Source: a virus
Length of the DNA stretch: 64,000 bases
Direction: 5' to 3' (one strand)
Virus record (IMG/VR): IMGVR_UViG_3300037419_001192
Location: 1 to 64,000 of that record
In this document: positions 16,502 to 26,135 of the stretch, piece after piece
Position numbering within the stretch: the first letter of the stretch is position 1
How the letters are laid out: the number at the start of each line of letters is the position of its first letter
Notes under the pieces: model-generated
What the model was told of the DNA's origin: nothing
Seen by the model: the letters and a program-made list of their open reading frames with translations, nothing else
The model's database searches: none
Made by a program: the position numbers and the translations under genes

Positions 16502-17860
16502 ATGATGGCGAAGCGACGAATTCCCTTGGCGGAAAATGGTAACTACTTGGTGGTGGATGAAAACGGTGTAGCGGTGGGCTTGTGCGGCCAGCGGGATAAC
16601 TCCACGTTCTTTGGCTTTGCCGGGAGTTCCAACAATACGAATTCCGGCATGCAGTCAGTTGTCGGGGGTGGCGATAACAATACATCCTCCGGGACATATT
16701 CCGCCATTGGCGGTGGCCGTCGTAATGTTTGTAGCGGGGTCGGGGCGGTCATTGCAGGCGGGGAAAATAATACGCTGGAATCAGGGGCTACGGGTGCTTT
16801 CATTGGCGCGGGCGACCATAACCTTGTCAAGCATGCCTACTGTTGTGTTCCGGGCGGTTCCGGCGCGGCGACAAAAGCCGATTTCAGCACGGTCATGAGC
16901 AGCGCCCCCTTCACCGACCATGGCATGCCGCAGTACGGCAGTGCCCAGATCGGCACCTATTATTTCCGGGGTGTACTCACCCCCGGTAGCTATTCAACGG
17001 GATCGGCGTTCGGCTTGAACCCGGTCATCGAAATCGGTTTCCGCGAATTGATGCGGTTTCGCGGGGAAGCGCAAATCTCTTTCGATAATGGCGATTTCGT
17101 GATCCTTACCTTCTCGGGTCACGCAATGTCCGGCCAGCAAATGGATGGCACATTCTTCCGCGAAGCCGCTTTCGATGCCAGCCCCGCCGTGGCCGCTTCG
17201 CGGGGCATCGGTAGCGATTACGGCATCACGCTACTCGGCCCGATTGCCGGTACGGATACTTGCACATGGCGGCTGATGGTCGTTCCCGGCGCGAACACCA
17301 GCCATGAAGCTCGTATCATGGCGCGGATCGATACGCTGGAAACGAAGTTCGCGTACATCAGCCCGCCGAGCAACAATTCCTATGCCGGGGCACAAGTCGT
17401 GTCGGGAACGCTGGCGGGAGCATCATCCGCCTCTATCACCATCGATGGCACGGTGGGCTGCGTACCGATCACGGATAGCTCCAACCCGCTGCGTGTTGCC
17501 TATAGCAACGATGTCGGCACCGCGTTCGCGCCGCGCTGGTATGCCGTGACGATACAAGGGCCATGCCATGTCGTTGCCACCACGGATAACATGGAAAATC
17601 CGGAAGGAACCATCTGGGATGCCAACATGGATACTGCCCTTGTTGTATTCAAGGGTGCTGACCCGGCAACGGCGGTCTATGTCGGCGGCAATGATGACGA
17701 TAATAATTCGAAGCCGGCCAGCCCGTCCGGGTACTTGAGTACGCTCCAGTTCAATGTGCCGAGCGGGGCGGCAGCCACTTATGTTATCGGGGTATCGGCA
17801 TACAACGGTAACTGGGTTGACGTTCCGATCAACCTGCATGTCGCCACGACCCCGATGTAA
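16502..17860 (+). CDS. putative virion surface/fibre protein (GGG-x-NN repeats, C-terminal PPC-like beta domain)
   Basis: VGGGDNN/IGGGRRN/IAGGENN/IGAGDHN repeats; DTALVVF...NDDD...STLQFNV...TYVIGVSAY. Confidence 0.6.
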   Translation: MMAKRRIPLAENGNYLVVDENGVAVGLCGQRDNSTFFGFAGSSNNTNSGMQSVVGGGDNNTSSGTYSAIGGGRRNVCSGVGAVIAGGENNTLESGATGAFIGAGDHNLVKHAYCCVPGGSGAATKADFSTVMSSAPFTDHGMPQYGSAQIGTYYFRGVLTPGSYSTGSAFGLNPVIEIGFRELMRFRGEAQISFDNGDFVILTFSGHAMSGQQMDGTFFREAAFDASPAVAASRGIGSDYGITLLGPIAGTDTCTWRLMVVPGANTSHEARIMARIDTLETKFAYISPPSNNSYAGAQVVSGTLAGASSASITIDGTVGCVPITDSSNPLRVAYSNDVGTAFAPRWYAVTIQGPCHVVATTDNMENPEGTIWDANMDTALVVFKGADPATAVYVGGNDDDNNSKPASPSGYLSTLQFNVPSGAAATYVIGVSAYNGNWVDVPINLHVATTPM

Positions 17861-17883
17861 GGGTTTGGCAATTGATTGCCACG

Positions 17884-17909
17884 GCCCGCTTCGGCGGGCT
17901 TTTTCTTTT
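17884..17909 (+). terminator. intrinsic terminator
   Basis: GCCCGC-TTCG-GCGGGC + T-run. Confidence 0.9.
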
Positions 17910-17972
17910 GTTCCTTAGAGCAACCCGGTGTCGTACAATAGGGCAACTTTCACGCTCCTACCGGTTTGCCAA

Positions 17973-19751
17973 ATGACGACCAAGACCCCTCCCGCGAAAA
18001 AGAGCCCCGGCTACCATGTAGTTACGAAAGCCATCGGGGAAGATACTTATCTCGTCCTAGCTGATAGTGCGACGCATCTGGAAGACCAGTTCGTATCGCT
18101 TTACGTTGCTTCCGGCACCAACAACGTGGTGCTGCCGCCGCCCTATTTGCCGGATCAGCTTCTTAGCTTCGTGTACCACAACAACATCCTGAATCAATGC
18201 GTGGAGGCAATGGAAGTCAACGTCGATGGCACCGGGCATAGCTTCGTGCCTATCGATGACGATATCACCGCCAGTCCGGATGAAGAAAAGCGCATGAAGG
18301 AGTTTTTCGATGAGCCGTACCCCGGCACTTCCTTCGTGCAAATCCGCCGCAAGTTGCGCCGCGATCTGGAAGGCATCGGCTATGCCGCGCTCGAAGTGCT
18401 GACGAATATCAATGGCGATATTCTCGGCTTGCGCAACGTGGATTCACACAATCTTCGGTTTGTCAGACTCGATGACCCGGTGATGGTCACCAAGCAAGTC
18501 GTGCGGGATGGCAAGCCGGTGGACTTGCAAATGCTCGACCGCGAGCGCCGTTTCATGCAGCGCATCGGCAACAAGTTCATTTATTACCGTGAATTCGGTA
18601 GCACCCGTGAAGTCGATAAGACCACGGGCCGCTGGGCGAACGAGGACGAGGAAATTCCCCCGGAGAATCGCGGCGGGCAATTGCTGATGTTCGGCATCTG
18701 CCCGGATATCACCAGCCCGTACTCGGTGCCCCGGTGGATCAATGAACTGCCTTCGGTGATCGGTAACCGCAAGGCGGAAGAACAGAACCTCGAATATCTG
18801 GATGCAGGCGGTGTGCCCCCGGCCATCGTCTTCGTGCAGGGCGGCACCCTTGCCGGCCAAGCCGCCGAGCAACTTCGCAACTACCTGTCGGGCAAGAACA
18901 AGTCGAAGCATCGCGCCGTGGTCGTGGAAGCCCAATCGTCTTCGGGCTCGATGGAATCGGCAGGCACGGTATCGGTGACGGTGGAACGCTTCGGTTCCGA
19001 GAAAATCCGCGATGCGATGTTCAACCAATACGACCAGAATACCGGGGAGCATATCCGTATCGGCTTCCGCCTGCCGGCCCTGTTCCTTGGCAAGACCGAC
19101 AATTACAACTATGCCACCGCAGTCGTGGCGTACATGGTGGCTGAAGAACAGGTATTCCAACCGGAGCGCACCCAGTTCGATGAAATCATTAACAAGAAAA
19201 TCCTGCGGGCGATGGGTATCAAGACCATCAAGATGCAAAGCAAGGGCATCACGCTGAAAGATATCGCAGCCCAAGTGCAGGCGCTGCAAATCGCGCTGCC
19301 GATTTCCGAAGGCAAGACCTTCATCGAACAACTCAATGAAGTCGCTGGCCTGTCGCTGGAATACAAGGCACCGGCTGCCGGCGTCGCACCGGATGGCTTG
19401 ACGCATCTTCCCGGAGCGAATAACACCACCCTGCCCGGTGCCGGATCGGCATCTGGCCGGGGCGCACAAGACCCTTCCGGCCAAGTGGGCTCGGTCAAAC
19501 CAGCAGTTGCATCGAAGTCGCTGAAGAAAGCCCATGAAATCGTGGAACTGGCAGTGTCCTACTGCGAAATCAAGGGATTGGTGACGGGATACGACCATTC
19601 CCCGGAAGATGCGGCTGCCGTGCTGACCGAAGTGGCGAAGCTGGAAGGCAAGGATTTGGATGCCTTCAATACGGTAGTGGCATCCACCGCGTTCAAATCG
19701 AACGATGCCGATCTGGTCAAGCTGATCCAATGCAACCATGCCAACAGTTGA
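17973..19751 (+). CDS. portal protein (PBSX-like)
   Basis: First gene of head cluster; PYSVPRWI...AEEQNLEYLDAGGVPP, FRLPALFLG...NYATA...FQPER. Confidence 0.85.
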   Translation: MTTKTPPAKKSPGYHVVTKAIGEDTYLVLADSATHLEDQFVSLYVASGTNNVVLPPPYLPDQLLSFVYHNNILNQCVEAMEVNVDGTGHSFVPIDDDITASPDEEKRMKEFFDEPYPGTSFVQIRRKLRRDLEGIGYAALEVLTNINGDILGLRNVDSHNLRFVRLDDPVMVTKQVVRDGKPVDLQMLDRERRFMQRIGNKFIYYREFGSTREVDKTTGRWANEDEEIPPENRGGQLLMFGICPDITSPYSVPRWINELPSVIGNRKAEEQNLEYLDAGGVPPAIVFVQGGTLAGQAAEQLRNYLSGKNKSKHRAVVVEAQSSSGSMESAGTVSVTVERFGSEKIRDAMFNQYDQNTGEHIRIGFRLPALFLGKTDNYNYATAVVAYMVAEEQVFQPERTQFDEIINKKILRAMGIKTIKMQSKGITLKDIAAQVQALQIALPISEGKTFIEQLNEVAGLSLEYKAPAAGVAPDGLTHLPGANNTTLPGAGSASGRGAQDPSGQVGSVKPAVASKSLKKAHEIVELAVSYCEIKGLVTGYDHSPEDAAAVLTEVAKLEGKDLDAFNTVVASTAFKSNDADLVKLIQCNHANS

Positions 19752-21213
19752 CCCACGGTTGCACCTGACGCTGGAGCGGACGCTGAACCGGCGTTTGCTG
19801 GAGGCGCTGCGACCGCTGCTGGAGAGTTATTACCGGGCGGTCAAGGCCCGCGTGGATGCCCATGACTGGGCTGGCGCAATCGACGCCGCGAAGCATTTCG
19901 ATGCCTCTCCCGTGGCGGGAGCGAACCGGGAATTCATCCGGTACATGCTTCTCTCCTTCGCCAACTTCGGCGCGAAACGCGCTTCTGGGGATTTGAATCG
20001 CAAGGTATCGGTAGACGCCTCGCCCGTGGTCAACCAAACAGCGGATACCATGGTGCAGGCGATCAGCCATGACTTGACGCTGGCGGTGATCAACGCGGCG
20101 CTGCAATTGATTGCCAAGTTGCAGGCGAACCCGGTCGTGCAAAAGAAGGAGCCGTGGGAGTATGTCCAAGATTTTGTCTCCTTTGCGCAACCCGGCAACG
20201 ATACGCTGAAGCTGATATCGAGCCAGAATTCTTCCCGGCTATCGACATGGGGATTCGTTGCTGAAGCCCAGACGGTCGGCGTGACGAAATATCGTGTAAC
20301 CGCTGTGCTGGATGGCCGCACCAGCAAATTCTGCCGCTTCATCAATGGGCATGTGTTCGAAGTCAAGGACGCGGCCCGCAGCATCGATGCCTCGCTATCC
20401 GTCGATGATCCAAATGACTTGAAAACGGTGCAGCCATGGCCGAGCCAAACCAAGGCGGCGATGGCCGAGTATGCGGATATGTCTACCCAAGACTTGGTGG
20501 ATGCCAATTTGCATATCCCGCCATACCACCCGAACTGCCGCACGATGCTCGTCAAGGTGAAAGACGATGCCGGAAATCCGGCTTCGGATCAGGCCGAGCA
20601 GAATTCAATTGAAACCGGCCCGGTTGATGCGAATGCATTCGAACCCTTCACCCTGACTCCTTCCGATGACCAATTGGCACATTGGAATGCGGTAATGAAT
20701 GCCAATCCCTCGGATATCTATGCCGCATTATCCGGCATGGATTTGCAAGCCCGCTATGGCAACGGCATCACGATGAAGGATAACGGCGATATCCAATTCA
20801 ATATCCGCACCGATGAAGTCAAGGGCCAATACCTATTCAATCCCTTCACCGATGTCTGGATGCTGACTCGGTTGGATTTCTCTGGCATTCCGCCCGAACG
20901 GCAGGATGAATATCTGCAAGCCGTGGTCACCGGGTATTACGAAGTCGGTGCCGCCACCCCAGCGCAGGAACTCGGGGTGCAGCCGGATTCCCCCGATATG
21001 ATCCGCTTCTGGACTGCCCAAGGCTTCTTGCCGACCCGCGCTGATTGGCAAGGCTTCAAGGATGCCGTGGGAGAACAGGAGCGGCAATCAATTGCCACCG
21101 CGCTGACTGGCAATGAACCGGATGGCTATGCCGAATTGGCAAGCCTGAATGACCCGGAAGCCGACCAATTGCTGGCCGATCATCCGCTCCCGCTATACAA
21201 GCCCGCCCGATAG
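19738..21213 (+). CDS. head morphogenesis protein (MuF/SPP1 gp7) with C-terminal extension
   Basis: AVLDGRTSKFCRFING and PPYHPNCRT; follows portal. Confidence 0.85.
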   Translation: MPTVDPRLHLTLERTLNRRLLEALRPLLESYYRAVKARVDAHDWAGAIDAAKHFDASPVAGANREFIRYMLLSFANFGAKRASGDLNRKVSVDASPVVNQTADTMVQAISHDLTLAVINAALQLIAKLQANPVVQKKEPWEYVQDFVSFAQPGNDTLKLISSQNSSRLSTWGFVAEAQTVGVTKYRVTAVLDGRTSKFCRFINGHVFEVKDAARSIDASLSVDDPNDLKTVQPWPSQTKAAMAEYADMSTQDLVDANLHIPPYHPNCRTMLVKVKDDAGNPASDQAEQNSIETGPVDANAFEPFTLTPSDDQLAHWNAVMNANPSDIYAALSGMDLQARYGNGITMKDNGDIQFNIRTDEVKGQYLFNPFTDVWMLTRLDFSGIPPERQDEYLQAVVTGYYEVGAATPAQELGVQPDSPDMIRFWTAQGFLPTRADWQGFKDAVGEQERQSIATALTGNEPDGYAELASLNDPEADQLLADHPLPLYKPAR

Positions 21214-21279
21214 CTGTTGCTCGGCAACATCTTGCTCTGTAGAATCTGCGGCAATCAATTGCCAATTGCGGAGCCCGCC

Positions 21280-21864
21280 ATGCCGTTCGTCATCAAAGCC
21301 GATCAGCCCGAGCAACGACTTGTATTCGGGGAAGTTTATGCCCCTTGTCGCCCGGACGCGGATCAGGAATTCATGACCGCTGATGAAATCCAGAAGATGG
21401 CGCATGCGTTCATTGCAAAAGGGATTCCGGGCGCGATTGACATCAACCACGACAATGAATTCGTGCCCGGCTGCACCGTGGTCGAATCCTTCATCGCCCG
21501 CAAAGGCGATCCAGACTTTCTGGAAGGCAGTTGGGTCGTCGGCGTCCATGTGAATGACGATGCGACATGGGAAGCAATCAAGAAAGGCGACATCAATGGT
21601 TTCTCGATGGAAGCCATGGTGGAGAAAGAGCCGGTCGAAGTCACGCTCGATGTGCCGCCGATTGTCAGCGGCCTGACCTCCAAGAGCGAAGACCACACCC
21701 ATGAATTCTATGTGTCCTACGACGACCAAGGCCACTTCCAAGGCGGCGTGACGAACGTGGTGAACGGGCACCGGCACATCATCAAAGGCGGCACCGTCAC
21801 GGATCGCGTCAACGGCCACACCCATACCTTTTCCTCGGTAGACACCGTTTCGATCACTAAATAA
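21280..21864 (+). CDS. XkdF-like prohead serine protease
   Basis: RLVFGEVYAP...DADQEFMTADEI, DINH, VVESFI, GSWVVG, IKKGDINGFSME; His-rich tail. Confidence 0.85.
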   Translation: MPFVIKADQPEQRLVFGEVYAPCRPDADQEFMTADEIQKMAHAFIAKGIPGAIDINHDNEFVPGCTVVESFIARKGDPDFLEGSWVVGVHVNDDATWEAIKKGDINGFSMEAMVEKEPVEVTLDVPPIVSGLTSKSEDHTHEFYVSYDDQGHFQGGVTNVVNGHRHIIKGGTVTDRVNGHTHTFSSVDTVSITK

Positions 21865-21893
21865 TTGCTAGGTGGCATTGCCACCAGTACACT
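21865..21893 (+). promoter_or_regulatory. putative late-class promoter
   Basis: TTGCTAGG-N15-TACACT; spacer overlaps inverted repeat GGTGGCA-T-TGCCACC. Confidence 0.55.
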
Positions 21894-21915
21894 TTCGCAC
21901 ATCTGGGAGCCCGCT

Positions 21916-23079
21916 ATGGAAGTTAAACGCAAGATGACCGAAATGAAAAACGCCGATGTGCGGATCATTTCGCTCGTCACCCGTGCTGCCAACCGGATTC
22001 CGTTTCGCGTAGTTAAACATGAGGAAAACACCATGGGCATCGACCTGACTTCCATCGGGCGTTTGGCTAAGAAGGCCGAAGCCAAGCCGCAAGTAACCGG
22101 CCTCGTCATCTTCAAACAAGAAGATGCCGAAGTCACCGCTTCCATCGAAGCGATCCTGAAAGCCGAAGGCTTCGCGGTCGAGAACCCGACCGAAAACGAA
22201 GATGGCACCGTGCTGTATGCGCAAGCGCCGGCAGCCGCCACTTCGACGCTGATCCGCCTGTCCGACAACATGGCAGTCGTGGTCAAGGGCTTCGAAAAGC
22301 AAGCCGAAGCGATGGCCGATGCTGCCGAGTTCTCGCCGGCCATCCCCGCCGAAGGTTTCTTCCATGGCCCCCGCGTTGCCTCGGCTGCTTATGCCGAAGC
22401 CTCCGCTGCCGTGGTCGCCAAGGGCGAATCGGTCGAAGCCATCACGAAGCAATACCAAGCGTACATGGGTGCAATGGCTGCCCTGCCCGCGTCTGTCTTC
22501 AAAGCCGATGCCCTGCTGGAAGAAGTCCTGAAAGGCAAGAAGTCTTCGAAGGCCAAGGCCATGGAAGCTGCCGATGCCAAAGACCCGGACAACGATGGCG
22601 ACGATGATTCCAGCCAAGCCGGCGACAAGGACAAGGATGCTGCGAAAAAGGGTGAAGTCACCGATCCCAAAGCGGTCGCCGGTTCCCCGTCCGACGACGA
22701 TACCCAGCGCGACAAGGCTTCCAAGCCCGCCGAAATGACCGGTATCGACCAAGACCCGACGCTGAAAGCCGATCCGGCCCAAGACCCGGCTGCCGATCCG
22801 GTCACCAAGCAAGAAGACCCGATGGCTGCGGTGCTGGCTGCGATTACCGGCCTGACCGAACAAGTCACCGCGCTGAAATCGGAAATGGCCGACCAAGCAA
22901 AAAATTTCCGGGAAGAACTTGAAAATGTTTCTCGGAAGTCAGAAGATGCGTCGAAAGCGGTGAAGAACACCGTTATCGCAACCGTTAAGGCGGATTCCGA
23001 GCCAGCCGTGAAGGTGAAAACCGAAAAGGCCGACCCCCGCACCGGATGCTTCGATAGCGCAACTTTCCGCCGCCGTTGA
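21916..23079 (+). CDS. capsid scaffolding protein
   Basis: ISLVTRAANRIPFRVVK N-terminus, acidic/coiled-coil C-half, between protease and capsid. Confidence 0.7.
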   Translation: MEVKRKMTEMKNADVRIISLVTRAANRIPFRVVKHEENTMGIDLTSIGRLAKKAEAKPQVTGLVIFKQEDAEVTASIEAILKAEGFAVENPTENEDGTVLYAQAPAAATSTLIRLSDNMAVVVKGFEKQAEAMADAAEFSPAIPAEGFFHGPRVASAAYAEASAAVVAKGESVEAITKQYQAYMGAMAALPASVFKADALLEEVLKGKKSSKAKAMEAADAKDPDNDGDDDSSQAGDKDKDAAKKGEVTDPKAVAGSPSDDDTQRDKASKPAEMTGIDQDPTLKADPAQDPAADPVTKQEDPMAAVLAAITGLTEQVTALKSEMADQAKNFREELENVSRKSEDASKAVKNTVIATVKADSEPAVKVKTEKADPRTGCFDSATFRRR

Positions 23080-23121
23080 TTTGCCAGTAGCAAGAGCCTG
23101 TAACTTAACCAAGGAAATATC

Positions 23122-24060
23122 ATGACCACCAACCAATCCCTGATTCAAAAAGCGGACATGGCTCTGGCTGATCTGGCAACTGCCGGTCACCTGAACCCGG
23201 AACAAACCGACCGCTTCATCCGTACCCTGATGGATTCCCCGACGATCCTGAATTCGGTGCGTACCGTGGCAATGCGTACCCCGGAAATGAAGATCAACAA
23301 AATCGGTTTCGGCTCGCGCATCCTGCGCCCGGCTGTGGAAGCCACCGCGCTGGCCGCTTCGGATCGCGCCAAGCCTGACCTGAGCCAAGTTGTGCTGAAC
23401 ACGAAAGAAGTCATCGCGGAAATCCGCATTCCGTATGCGGTGCTGGAAGACAATATCGAGGGCGGCAACATCAACGTGGGTATGGAGCAAGGCGCTGGTG
23501 GCCTGCACCAAACCATCGTGGACATGATCGCGGAACGCGCTGCGGTTGACCTCGAAGAACTGCTGATTTCCGGTGACACCGCTTCGGCAGACCCGTATCT
23601 GGCGCTGCAAGATGGTTACCTGAAAATGGCGTCGGCCAACGTACTGAATGCCGCTTCGGCCACCATCAGCAAAGACCTGCTGAAAAATGTCGTGAAAACG
23701 ATGCCGGCCAAATACCTGCGCAACCGTGCGGCGCTGAAGCACTTCGTTTCGGTCAACAACGAAACCGAACTGCGCGATCTGTACGCGAACCGGGTTGGTT
23801 CCTTCGGTGACAGCAACTTGCAAGGTGCGCTGCCGCTGTACATCTATGGCTCGCAAGTGCAAGCGGCCCCGCTGATGCCGGCTGCCAACGATCTGTTCAC
23901 CGACCCGCTGAACCTGATCTTCGGCATCCAGCGCCAGATCACCATCGAGTACGACAAGGACATCACCACCCGTACCTTCATCATCGTGCTGACCACCCGC
24001 GTCGCCACGGCAATCGAAGAAAAGAACGCGGTCGTGAAAGTTGTTGGTATGACCGGCTAA
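23122..24060 (+). CDS. major capsid protein (HK97 fold, XkdG-like)
   Basis: GHLNPEQTDRFI, LEDNIEG, DLEELLISGD; strongly biased codons; terminator after. Confidence 0.88.
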   Translation: MTTNQSLIQKADMALADLATAGHLNPEQTDRFIRTLMDSPTILNSVRTVAMRTPEMKINKIGFGSRILRPAVEATALAASDRAKPDLSQVVLNTKEVIAEIRIPYAVLEDNIEGGNINVGMEQGAGGLHQTIVDMIAERAAVDLEELLISGDTASADPYLALQDGYLKMASANVLNAASATISKDLLKNVVKTMPAKYLRNRAALKHFVSVNNETELRDLYANRVGSFGDSNLQGALPLYIYGSQVQAAPLMPAANDLFTDPLNLIFGIQRQITIEYDKDITTRTFIIVLTTRVATAIEEKNAVVKVVGMTG

Positions 24061-24087
24061 TTTCTGGGAGAACCCGGAGATTGAAGG

Positions 24088-24115
24088 GGGCGGGGAGAAA
24101 TCCCTGCCCTTTTTT
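24088..24115 (+). terminator. intrinsic terminator
   Basis: GGGCGGGGA-GAAA-TCCCTGCCC + T-run. Confidence 0.85.
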
Positions 24116-24177
24116 GTTGGCAATTGATTGCCAGCGCCGTACAATCCAGTTTCCTCTGACCAACAATGGAGTATTCC

Positions 24178-24534
24178 ATGGCGATCAATAAAACGGCTGC
24201 ACCGGCCAAAACCGAAGATACCTCTGTCGTGCTGGAACTCGCGCACTATGGCCGCTACTGGCACTGCGGCGAGATTTACGAAAAGGGCGAAGCCTACCGC
24301 TTCACCGCCGAGCAAGCTGACGATCTGCTGCAAGCGACCGATGAACATACGGGCCTGCCGGTGTGGCGGCGCTGGAAGCCGGCAGCCAAGCGGGTGATGG
24401 TCGAACGCGAAGTCGTGCCGAACGACATGACCTCGGCAGACCTGTCGCCTTCGACCGCCAAGGCAATTTCGGTGGGCGATGATGCCGATATCGCTGACCA
24501 TCTGGCTGGCGGCGAAGAAGCGCATACCGTGTAA
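24178..24534 (+). CDS. hypothetical head-associated protein
   Basis: GGAG RBS, position after capsid. Confidence 0.6.
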   Translation: MAINKTAAPAKTEDTSVVLELAHYGRYWHCGEIYEKGEAYRFTAEQADDLLQATDEHTGLPVWRRWKPAAKRVMVEREVVPNDMTSADLSPSTAKAISVGDDADIADHLAGGEEAHTV

Positions 24535-24548
24535 TCAAGGGGGCAGCA

Positions 24549-25154
24549 ATGGCTACCAAACTCTTTCTGGAACTGGAAGATGTGAAAGACCGGATGGCAA
24601 TCAATCCGGAACTGGAAGGCGTGGACGATAACCTCGAATCCGCCATCGTTGCTGCCCAGCTTCATCTGGAAACCCGGCTCGATTCGAAGCTGGCAAAGCA
24701 TGAATGGGTCAGTGTCTACCAGACCGATTCCGATTCCTATTCGGGCATCCAACCGGGCGGGCTATTCCGGCTGTACCTGAAATCCGGCTTTGTCTCCGAA
24801 GACATCGTGCCCATCGTTGAATTCGGCGGGGCATGGAATGATCCTGCTTTCCAACCGGTGCCGACGACCGATTACTACATCGATTTCGTGCGCGGCATCG
24901 TCTACGTCGATACCAAATATGGCGATGCCTTTTTCCGCGTCACCTATACCACGGGCTTCGACAAGGCATCGCAATTGCCGGGATGGACGCGGGAAGCGCT
25001 GCTGTCATTCGTGCCGCTGATCATCAACTTCAGCCAAGTCACGAATCGCAATGCCGAAGCGGCTGGCCTGTATAAATCGCTGGCCGCGCATGCGCAATCG
25101 GTCTATGCGCCGTATTACCGCAACCTCGGCTTTGTCACGCGGGCGATTTTCTGA
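24549..25154 (+). CDS. head-tail adaptor
   Basis: Synteny; DYYIDFVRGIV...RVTYTTGF pattern. Confidence 0.7.
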   Translation: MATKLFLELEDVKDRMAINPELEGVDDNLESAIVAAQLHLETRLDSKLAKHEWVSVYQTDSDSYSGIQPGGLFRLYLKSGFVSEDIVPIVEFGGAWNDPAFQPVPTTDYYIDFVRGIVYVDTKYGDAFFRVTYTTGFDKASQLPGWTREALLSFVPLIINFSQVTNRNAEAAGLYKSLAAHAQSVYAPYYRNLGFVTRAIF

Positions 25155-25588
25155 TGATCACGTTGAGCGTCCAAGTCGATGGGCAGGAAAGCATTGCCGA
25201 ATTGTTCGGCAGGCTGGAATCCGCGCTGGACACGAAAGCGATCCTCGATCAATCGGGCGCGATCCTGCTGGACAATATCCGCCGCCGTTATCTCTCCCAG
25301 ATCAACCCGGAAGGGCAGCGCTGGGAAGTCTCGAAAGCCTCGCAGCGCCGGGCGCGATTCGGGCTCGGGGGCGGAACGCTATACAACACAGGCACCCTGT
25401 TTCACTCGATTCAACTGGCAGACGATGGGGCGAATGGCCGGGCCATCAAGACCGATGTGCCCTACGCCATTTTTGCGAACTACGGCACCATCCATATGCC
25501 GGCCCGCGTTTTCATGGATTTCAACCCGGCTGACGTTGAACAAGTGATGAAGTTCATCAATGACCGGATCACCAAGGCGATAGGCTAA
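25154..25588 (+). CDS. virion morphogenesis / tail completion protein (Mu gpG-like)
   Basis: NPEGQRW, LYNTGTLFHSI, VPYAIFANYGT..MPARVFM. Confidence 0.8.
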   Translation: MITLSVQVDGQESIAELFGRLESALDTKAILDQSGAILLDNIRRRYLSQINPEGQRWEVSKASQRRARFGLGGGTLYNTGTLFHSIQLADDGANGRAIKTDVPYAIFANYGTIHMPARVFMDFNPADVEQVMKFINDRITKAIG

Positions 25589-25590
25589 TC

Positions 25591-26037
25591 ATGATCGATG
25601 CCGCTACCCTGTGCATGGCAGACCTGAAGACCGTGCTGCAATCAATTGCCAAATTGAAGGGCAAGATCGTCCAAGTCTACGATCACTCGGAATTGCAAGA
25701 CAAAGCCAAACCGCTGAAATTGCCGGCATGCGGCATCATTTACGAAGGTATGCGCTCGGTCGGAGAATCCGGCTCCAGCGCCAAGCTCGGCACATCCTGC
25801 GAACTGGTCGCCTCCATCATCATGATGGATACGCTGACCAACATGGGTGCAGCCAATACCTATGAGAATGCCCCGGCAATCCTCGATGCCATCCGTGAAG
25901 GCATGATGGGCCGGCGCAGCCCGACCGGCCACTTCTGGAAATTCATCGTGGAAGCGGCTGCCCAGCCGAGTCACGGAACTGTTTTGTGGGTTCAAAGATG
26001 GTCTTGCCCCGTTCAACTTGTTTCCGCGAAGTATTGA
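25591..26037 (+). CDS. tail terminator-like protein
   Basis: Synteny before tail tube; LPACGIIYEG. Confidence 0.6.
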   Translation: MIDAATLCMADLKTVLQSIAKLKGKIVQVYDHSELQDKAKPLKLPACGIIYEGMRSVGESGSSAKLGTSCELVASIIMMDTLTNMGAANTYENAPAILDAIREGMMGRRSPTGHFWKFIVEAAAQPSHGTVLWVQRWSCPVQLVSAKY

Positions 26038-26042
26038 CCTAA

Positions 26043-26071
26043 TTGTTAGGTAGTTTCTTCGAGGCTATACT
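26043..26071 (+). promoter_or_regulatory. putative late-class promoter
   Basis: TTGTTAGG-N15-TATACT. Confidence 0.55.
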
Positions 26072-26135
26072 CTCCCCAACATTTCAGGATTCCGGGTGAC
26101 CGGGTAGTAGTGAAACCAACTTTTAGGAGCATCAA

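Noticed and set aside
18444-24525. Long minus-strand ORFs (e.g. 18444..19739, 21868..22896, 22939..24525, also 29081..30364, 44309..45697)
   Set aside because: Antisense shadows of GC-rich, codon-biased plus-strand genes; no RBS or recognisable motifs
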